DNA of 64,000 nt from a virus: IMG/VR virus record IMGVR_UViG_3300011445_000018, positions 1 through 64,000 of that record; one strand, written 5' to 3'. This document shows positions 58,049 to 64,000 of the stretch, piece after piece. Position numbers and translations under genes: made by a program. Numbering within the stretch: position 1 is the first letter of the stretch; each line of letters opens with the position of its first letter. The notes beneath the pieces are model-generated. The model was not told where the DNA came from. It saw nothing but the letters and a program-made list of their open reading frames with translations, and ran no database searches.

Positions 58049-58299
58049 TCTCTTTCATGTTTTATTGTTCGATGTTCAAGGTGCTTGCTTTTAATAATTT
58101 GTATAATAGCGGCCTTTGGGCCGATTGATGTACGTCTTTTATACTCCTTTTTATCCCATGTACTGCGTATCTCTTCACACGCTATCGCTATTTCCTCTTG
58201 CGTCGGTAAATATTTTTCTGAATTGTGCAACTGCGTACCCCCATCTGCTGTGTCTGTCTTGTTTACATTGAATGTAGTCCAGTTCCTCATCATGCTCAC
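58045..58299 (-). CDS. Hypothetical protein
   Basis: LPTQEEIAIACEEIRSTW...E..RR; the true start is probably internal. Confidence 0.5.
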   Translation of the reverse strand: MSMMRNWTTFNVNKTDTADGGTQLHNSEKYLPTQEEIAIACEEIRSTWDKKEYKRRTSIGPKAAIIQIIKSKHLEHRTIKHERE

Positions 58300-58543
58300 T
58301 ATCTATACCTAATACCCTTAAAGCCGCACTTGCTTTTGGCCAATTATTTTCATCAAAAAATTCTAATTTCTCTTTTTCTACACCACAGTTAATAAGTGCC
58401 TGTCCAATGATACATCCATACTTGTCCGGTGGTCCATTTTCCACTTCCCCTCGTGTGTAGAGACAAGGGGAATTGTTATATCGAGCATTTGGATATACTG
58501 TTCCTAATCTTATCACTTCTTCTAACACATCTATTGAGTTCAT
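58175..58543 (-). CDS. Hypothetical protein
   Basis: CLY...GCIIGQAL...IQ..QD...WG pattern. Confidence 0.55.
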   Translation of the reverse strand: MNSIDVLEEVIRLGTVYPNARYNNSPCLYTRGEVENGPPDKYGCIIGQALINCGVEKEKLEFFDENNWPKASAALRVLGIDSEHDEELDYIQCKQDRHSRWGYAVAQFRKIFTDARGNSDSV

Positions 58544-58890
58544 AAATACCTCAAAAGTTCATCAATTATTTTGTATTGTGTAACACGTGGGTGATAATAA
58601 AATACACAATCCTTGTCTGAATTGTGAATATGAAAAATTGTTTTATTTAACGCTATTGCCATGCCCAATTCAACGTGCGTACCGCGTCCTAGTACGCCTA
58701 ACATAACGAAAAAATCACAATCAATAATACCTTTTGCCTCATTGATTGCTACCTCGGTACATGTACCCTTATCAAGGGATTCTTGTTTGGTCCAATCGTA
58801 CGTTATTTCATGGCCCATTTGATTGAGCCTATCACATAGGACATTATGTGCTAAGGCATTCTCAATTTTGGTAGCTATGTAATATTTCAA
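58540..58890 (-). CDS. Nucleoside 2-deoxyribosyltransferase/nucleotide hydrolase-like protein
   Basis: YYIA, E..GIIDCDFFV, GRGTHVELGMAIALNK. Confidence 0.7.
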   Translation of the reverse strand: MKYYIATKIENALAHNVLCDRLNQMGHEITYDWTKQESLDKGTCTEVAINEAKGIIDCDFFVMLGVLGRGTHVELGMAIALNKTIFHIHNSDKDCVFYYHPRVTQYKIIDELLRYL

Positions 58891-59156
58891 ACATCTAACT
58901 CCTTAACCAAATTATATACTTGTTTATATGTACCATTGTCATTGAAATCAACAATATTATCATCAATCCTTCTTTTAATTTTAACACCAACTTCTAATCG
59001 TTCATTTTCGTTAGGGTAGCACTTAAACATTGCACCCAATAGACACCAGCTAACAGCTTCATTACCACGTAACCTAGAGGTTTCACCATTGATATCTCGG
59101 GCCATAACCTCTTGCGTCCAGCGTTCAGGTCTATTAAGTAACTCATGTATTTTCAT
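58887..59156 (-). CDS. DUF6197-like protein, paralog 4
   Basis: MKIHELL...RWTQ...ARD...AVSWCLLGAM..CY. Confidence 0.65.
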   Translation of the reverse strand: MKIHELLNRPERWTQEVMARDINGETSRLRGNEAVSWCLLGAMFKCYPNENERLEVGVKIKRRIDDNIVDFNDNGTYKQVYNLVKELDV

Positions 59157-59394
59157 CGCAACCTGCCCTATTTGTTAATTTTACACGTTTGAGTGCTGGA
59201 TAGTCCGGTGGTAACACACCCATTATATCTTCAAGAATGCTCTTTTGTTCGTTATGGGACATATTAACTTCAAGAGCACGTAACACATACCCTATCAAAT
59301 GGCCCAGGTATTTACCACCTTGTGTTGTGGTACATTCGTACATGCGATCGCTTTCGTTATCACTAATCATTTCAACTGTTAGCCTGTATCTCAT
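59143..59394 (-). CDS. Hypothetical protein
   Basis: Operon context. Confidence 0.5.
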   Translation of the reverse strand: MRYRLTVEMISDNESDRMYECTTTQGGKYLGHLIGYVLRALEVNMSHNEQKSILEDIMGVLPPDYPALKRVKLTNRAGCDENT

Positions 59395-60358
59395 ATGCTA
59401 TTTTCCTATGATATCGAGCTTTTAATGGTATACCGTCTTTGCTCAACTCTGTATATCTAAAGGTTACTTGATCCCCTATCTTAAAAAATCCTATTTCGCG
59501 TTCAGCGTCCGTGAATCCACTAAGCTCGAAAGCTTTCGTTTGCCATTGGACCTTTAACGCTCCTATTAATCCTAGTAGCTTACCTTTGCCTTCGGTCCAA
59601 CCAGTGATCGTTGCTTCGCTATCTAATAATTTCTTTACTTTTAATAAATCGCCCGTTCGCTTGGGTATCCACAGCGAACTAGGATTACGTATTATCAATC
59701 CTTCACCACCTAGATCGGTTATTTGTTCAAGCATCTCATCAAGCTTAGCGATCGCAGCGTCCGTTGTACCAGGTAACCGGCTCTGTTTGTGCAAGATAAC
59801 ATGTTTAGTGTTAACAAATGATGCAAGCCTTGGTAATATACTATAGAACGGTAACGCTGGTGCATCGTTCGAGCGTTTAGCACTCACGTAATCACGTAGA
59901 TCGGGAATTTCGAGCCTGAAATTGGGATTATTAACACGACCAGCACTAAACATTATCATATCCGATGGACTGTCGAAAACCATATATCGCACGTTGTGCC
60001 AGCGTTCATCGGGCGAGTGTTGCTTAACGATGCTCATAAGTTCTTGGAACTCTCCCCGATCAAGAAACAATTCCCCATCCAATGGAATTGGCGGTAGCTG
60101 ATCAAGGAACCAATCGGGAGCGTGAATAACTTTAGCGTACCGCGTCCACAGTCCAGTGGAAACTGGTATATTTAACAAGCGATAATCTTTCGCTGTATTA
60201 GCGAACGGAATATCATTGCACGATATTCCACGTGTTATTCCACCATCCCAATACGCTCGCATACCATCGAGCTTTTCACTAACGTACCACCCACCGATAC
60301 CATGTTTCTTTTGGTCAAAATTATGTGCCAACTGAAGGAATTCTCTGTTATTACTCAT
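59372..60358 (-). CDS. ATP-dependent DNA ligase
   Basis: SEKLDGMRAYWDG, LDGELF, YMVFD, EGLIIR, LLKVK, OB-fold tail. Confidence 0.9.
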   Translation of the reverse strand: MSNNREFLQLAHNFDQKKHGIGGWYVSEKLDGMRAYWDGGITRGISCNDIPFANTAKDYRLLNIPVSTGLWTRYAKVIHAPDWFLDQLPPIPLDGELFLDRGEFQELMSIVKQHSPDERWHNVRYMVFDSPSDMIMFSAGRVNNPNFRLEIPDLRDYVSAKRSNDAPALPFYSILPRLASFVNTKHVILHKQSRLPGTTDAAIAKLDEMLEQITDLGGEGLIIRNPSSLWIPKRTGDLLKVKKLLDSEATITGWTEGKGKLLGLIGALKVQWQTKAFELSGFTDAEREIGFFKIGDQVTFRYTELSKDGIPLKARYHRKIAYEIQANS

Positions 60359-60987
60359 GATTCTATCCATATTTTACAAGCTGTTATTAGTATTGTATCA
60401 GCAGCACGAGCAGCAGCATAAGCATTAGCAGCAGCAGCATAAGCAGCAGCATTAGCAGCAGCATAAGCAGCATCAGCAGCAGCATAAGCAGCATTAGCAG
60501 CACGAGCAGCATCAGCAGCATCAGCAGCAGCAGCAGCAGCATAAGCATCAGCAGCATCAGCATAAGCAGCAGCATAAGCAGCATAAGCAGCAGCATCAGC
60601 AGCATAAGCAGCATAAGCAGCATCAGCTAAAGTTTTTACATTTATACATTGTTGTTTTATTTTTTCATTTGGAGACAATTGACTAATTATTTGTTGTACT
60701 GTTTTAATAATAACATTTTCAATAAATATTTGTTGGCGTTCTTGTGGCCAATCTAATGATCCACCAACAGCTTCTTCTAATTTTAACATCCATTCTGTTC
60801 GTAACTGATCGCTGGACCAGGGACCATCGTTCAATGCACGTATGTCAAATGTACGTGTTAAAGTTGGACTATCTGTCCAAGATATACCCATTTTTACGGA
60901 ACGATATTCCAAGATACAACATTCTCCATCTTCTAAATGTTTGCCTTTGAGAATAACACCATTAAATCGTTCTTGTAATATGTTCAT
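60355..60987 (-). CDS. Hypothetical protein with low-complexity Ala/Tyr/Asp repeat
   Basis: GCA-rich triplet repeats at about 60398-60627. Confidence 0.7.
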   Translation of the reverse strand: MNILQERFNGVILKGKHLEDGECCILEYRSVKMGISWTDSPTLTRTFDIRALNDGPWSSDQLRTEWMLKLEEAVGGSLDWPQERQQIFIENVIIKTVQQIISQLSPNEKIKQQCINVKTLADAAYAAYAADAAAYAAYAAAYADAADAYAAAAAADAADAARAANAAYAAADAAYAAANAAAYAAAANAYAAARAADTILITACKIWIES

Positions 60988-60989
60988 AA

Positions 60990-61175
60990 CTATACCTGTT
61001 TATTCGCTTGATTTTCAAGCTCTTTCTTTGACATGTGCTTGGCAAAGCCGATCTCTTTACCATTTTCATCTACTTCATAAACAACGAATTCGCCTTTTCT
61101 AGCGATATCCGCGTTCCCTGGTACACCCATGTGTCCAACGATCTTAAAGCGTCCTACTATTGTTCCGATGTGCAT
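60990..61175 (-). CDS. Hypothetical protein
   Basis: GGGAG RBS. Confidence 0.5.
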   Translation of the reverse strand: MHIGTIVGRFKIVGHMGVPGNADIARKGEFVVYEVDENGKEIGFAKHMSKKELENQANKQV

Positions 61176-61534
61176 GCTCTATGCTCCCTGATTTTGTCTG
61201 CTGCGATTTTTCTAGCATGTTCGCTGTTTTTCGCCAAAACATAAATGCCATACTCCGAAGATTTATAATTTTCTACTTTATTTAAACATTCTGATTTTGA
61301 TATAAAGTTTTGACCAATAATATTATTAACAACACCTTCAGAATCAGCCCTACAGTAATAAATATATCCAAATTTTTCACTTGGTATATTTAAAATATAT
61401 TCTTCTATTTGTGGTGGCTCATAATCATCATTCGTTTTTTTAATAAATTGTTCAGCTAGTTCTTTGTCATCGAACACGCCAACAATACCATAATCACTAT
61501 AACTGCCACGCGTAACAATATAAATGTTTTTCAT
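61157..61534 (-). CDS. Conserved phage hypothetical protein
   Basis: IYIVTRGSYSDYGIVGVF...ELAE. Start set at MKNIY. Confidence 0.65.
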   Translation of the reverse strand: MKNIYIVTRGSYSDYGIVGVFDDKELAEQFIKKTNDDYEPPQIEEYILNIPSEKFGYIYYCRADSEGVVNNIIGQNFISKSECLNKVENYKSSEYGIYVLAKNSEHARKIAADKIREHRACTSEQ

Positions 61535-61728
61535 GCTTTTAATAAATTTTCTGTTACACAAGTTTGTGTTTTCCATAACCCTAAAGCGATCTCTACCTCT
61601 TTTTTCAACTGTTGCATTACGTACTGGTGATCCTCGTTATCACCAACAATTGCCACCATTTCCACTCGTTCGGTTTCGTAGTTACCAAGATTCTTAACAC
61701 GTTGATATCTTACTTCTATAATACGCAT
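61531..61728 (-). CDS. Conserved phage hypothetical protein
   Basis: RVKNLGNYETERVE motif. Confidence 0.6.
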   Translation of the reverse strand: MRIIEVRYQRVKNLGNYETERVEMVAIVGDNEDHQYVMQQLKKEVEIALGLWKTQTCVTENLLKA

Positions 61729-62360
61729 TTCAATCTCTCAAATAATTGCTCTTTGATTTTATGAACATAAGTTGTTGATACACCTGTTTCTTCTGCTATA
61801 TCATTTAATACATACCCTCCCTCTATTATACGGTTAATGATAATACGTTCCATTGGATTACGGATTATTTTCTCAATGAAATCACGAAAGTCCACGGCCC
61901 CTGGTCCATGGTCCTTGTGACCTATTTCATGTGACAGAGTTTGAGATGTCGCTGGATTAGCTTTGCGACCTTTGGTACGTATAACCGATTGGTTATAGTA
62001 ACTTTTACAATAAGCTTTGAGCTTGTTATAGATAGCGGAATTAACATAATTAGTGAATTCCGCTTGCGAGCGTATTGTTCCTTCGTGAACAATACGTGTT
62101 AATTCTAATAGAGCGATACCTATCGCATCATGACGATTGATATACGAACCAGGAAAGCGTTTAGCTATTTTTAACGCAAGTGGAATATAGCTGTGTATTA
62201 TTTGTTCCTTGGTAGCTTTTTGAAATTCTTCAGAACTTATGGAATCATATCTCCGATAGATCCCCGCCACATAATCTTCCTTACTTATGGAGTGAAAATA
62301 GGGACCTGGGGAACATCCCCAGGCCCCTGGCTCGGACAATCTCAAGTCATGATTGCACAA
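61716..62360 (-). CDS. Sigma-70-like transcription factor
   Basis: Region-2-like IIHSYIPLALKIAKRF...DAIGIALLEL...FTNYV; region-4 HTH GYVLNDIAEETGVSTTYV. Confidence 0.65.
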   Translation of the reverse strand: MCNHDLRLSEPGAWGCSPGPYFHSISKEDYVAGIYRRYDSISSEEFQKATKEQIIHSYIPLALKIAKRFPGSYINRHDAIGIALLELTRIVHEGTIRSQAEFTNYVNSAIYNKLKAYCKSYYNQSVIRTKGRKANPATSQTLSHEIGHKDHGPGAVDFRDFIEKIIRNPMERIIINRIIEGGYVLNDIAEETGVSTTYVHKIKEQLFERLKCVL

Positions 62361-62381
62361 CGCTATGGGCTGGTTCGCACA

Positions 62382-62564
62382 TCATAGTACCCTTCTCGCT
62401 AAAGATAACAACTCCTGAACTATCATCTCGCCCTGTGGCGTGATAACATTATCATTATCGATCAGATCAGCTAACTGTAGCTTAGCTATCTCATGTCTGT
62501 TAAAGTTAGCAATCGGCATACCGTCATGTATGCCCAGTAAAGTGATAACCATTTTAATTAACAT
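62382..62564 (-). CDS. Hypothetical protein
   Basis: First ORF after the promoter. Confidence 0.45.
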   Translation of the reverse strand: MLIKMVITLLGIHDGMPIANFNRHEIAKLQLADLIDNDNVITPQGEMIVQELLSLARRVL

Positions 62565-62631
62565 AACAAAATTTTCCTATCGGTGAGTACACTCACCAAA
62601 ACATTATACGCTTTAATTTCGGACAAATCAA
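62558..62631 (-). promoter_or_regulatory. Sigma70-type promoter with downstream palindrome and TTTTGTTATGTTAA box
   Basis: TTGATT (62631-62626), 17-bp spacer, TATAAT (62608-62603). Palindrome GGTGAGT-AC-ACTCACC at 62582-62597. Box at 62558-62571. Confidence 0.7.
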
Positions 62632-62649
62632 CCACAAAATGAAACTATT

Positions 62650-63129
62650 TTAATTTGTTATGTTAACTGTTTCACTTAACAATTCTTCTGAAAGCTCGAC
62701 CCAGCGATCAGCGGCACTTTTTAATTCCTTATGTATGCCGCAACTCATAACGATGACTTTTACACCTTTCTCTTTGATGGAGTTAACAAGTGGTATGCAT
62801 TCCTTGTTCGACATGCCTAGTATAAGCGTATCGATTTTACCATTGGTAACTAGATTTATAATGTCAACACAAAGTCCGAAAGACCAACTGTACCATTGAC
62901 CTACCTCCATGTCTTTGTATCTAGGTTCAAAGCCAATATGGTGTAGGTAAGCTATGAACTTCGTGGCATTCTTATTGATCTGTGTGCCATAGGCCGCTGC
63001 ACGAACAATTTCTCCGAAGTCTTTACATTTGGTGTAATATTTTTCGTAATCTAATTTTCTACCAGACCATTTTTTGTTGATACGAAAGAATTGATCCCCA
63101 ATATCAACGAACACCCCAACGCGATTCAT
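62650..63129 (-). CDS. NYN/LabA (PIN-like) domain protein, degenerate active site
   Basis: VGVFVD, LDY, RAAAY, IDTLIL...PLV..IKEKGVKVIV...S/H.EL...AD. Confidence 0.7.
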   Translation of the reverse strand: MNRVGVFVDIGDQFFRINKKWSGRKLDYEKYYTKCKDFGEIVRAAAYGTQINKNATKFIAYLHHIGFEPRYKDMEVGQWYSWSFGLCVDIINLVTNGKIDTLILGMSNKECIPLVNSIKEKGVKVIVMSCGIHKELKSAADRWVELSEELLSETVNITN

Positions 63130-63186
63130 ATTTAGTCCTTAAATAGAACATATATTTAATCCTCCTAAATAGGAGTGGGCCGCATA

Positions 63187-63714
63187 CTATTGCGTTAATT
63201 CTAAATTAACATTCCCTATGCCATAATCGCCTGCTTTTACAACAATTCCATCATTTAATTTACTTATTTTTACAGCTTCATTTTTATCATTTCTTATCGA
63301 CGCTACCTTAATAATATCGTCATTGATAAAAAATGCTTCATTATTAATAAAAGTAAATGAACCATTTTCAAATGTAATATTGTTCACTTGTCCTTTTGCA
63401 GTTCCATTTTGACCATGAAAAATTATATACAAATTAGTATGACAATTGTTAATCTTATACTCACCTATTGACGAAAAGAAAAAGGTTTCAGGTATTTCAT
63501 ATCTACCTCTACCGTTACACTTCTTGCACATAATGATTGTTGGTAACGATTGATAAATACCTGTCTCATTGCAATCATTACAACGCATCATACGTTTGGG
63601 TAATTTTATACCTAAAGATATTAATAACCATCTTTGTTCTTCAATAGTTAAGCTAAAGCCATGTGTATGTTTTTCAATAATTTCGTTTAAATCAATCCTT
63701 ACAATGTTTTGCAT
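63187..63714 (-). CDS. Hypothetical protein with DnaJ-like CxxCxGxG zinc motifs
   Basis: CNDCNETG...CKKCNGRG. Confidence 0.55.
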   Translation of the reverse strand: MQNIVRIDLNEIIEKHTHGFSLTIEEQRWLLISLGIKLPKRMMRCNDCNETGIYQSLPTIIMCKKCNGRGRYEIPETFFFSSIGEYKINNCHTNLYIIFHGQNGTAKGQVNNITFENGSFTFINNEAFFINDDIIKVASIRNDKNEAVKISKLNDGIVVKAGDYGIGNVNLELTQ

Positions 63715-64000
63715 ACTAGTACATCACTTTCAAAGCCAGCTGCGTTCTTATGTCCACCACCACCGAAAGATTTAGCGATCTCGCTAACATCCACATCAGT
63801 CCTTGAACGCAGGCTATACTGATATTTGTTATCTGAACGATAGAACCACGCCAGACCATAGCCGCTAGGATGCATTTTCGCTAGCTTACCAGCTATCTCG
63901 CTGAAGTTAACAGTGCTATTAACACAGAGGCATCTGTAACCATTACCAAAGGACATTTCCACGGCATGTTCAACAGCGTTATCAACCTGTTGATCTATTT
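63699..64000 (-). CDS. DHH-family phosphoesterase, DHHA1 domain (partial)
   Basis: YSLRS...DVSEIAKSFGGGGHKNAAGF; frame is open to the window edge. Confidence 0.8.
   Translation of the reverse strand, partial: IDQQVDNAVEHAVEMSFGNGYRCLCVNSTVNFSEIAGKLAKMHPSGYGLAWFYRSDNKYQYSLRSRTDVDVSEIAKSFGGGGHKNAAGFESDVLVCKTL

Noticed and set aside
55101-59156. Diversity-generating retroelement behind the paralogs
   Set aside because: No reverse transcriptase is seen and the differences are not adenine-specific.
60387-60623. Leu/Met-repeat 78-aa ORF
   Set aside because: Alternate frame of the Ala-rich repeat.

Overview
This window is most of a tailed dsDNA (siphovirus-like) phage genome, AT-rich overall. A Planctomycetota host is a tentative inference from protein style. 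Layout: (1) a ParB-like gene (partial, - strand, missing from the ORF track) divergent from a primase-helicase/kinase/exonuclease-like operon (1-5348); (2) a ~35 kb - strand virion module (5345-40741) with lambda-GpA-type terminase, portal, P22-like capsid, tail tube, frameshifted tail chaperone and tape measure, plus a ~14 kb accessory block (sulfotransferase, beta-helix proteins, secreted G8/CEMIP-like protein); (3) a repeat-rich non-coding region (40741-41760); (4) a + strand putative early operon (~41760-47570); (5) a - strand block of small and nucleotide-metabolism genes (thyX, pyrE, DNA ligase, sigma-like factor, NYN, DHH). The standout is region 4. It carries 12 copies of an (AAAG)CAACCATCCC motif, almost always directly 3' of a stem, and one upstream antisense copy. 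It also has 25-28 bp long-range duplexes, rich in G-U pairs, that enclose whole genes or putative structured RNAs. This looks like an RNA-level processing or selection system. All calls come from reading the sequence by eye; no searches were run.
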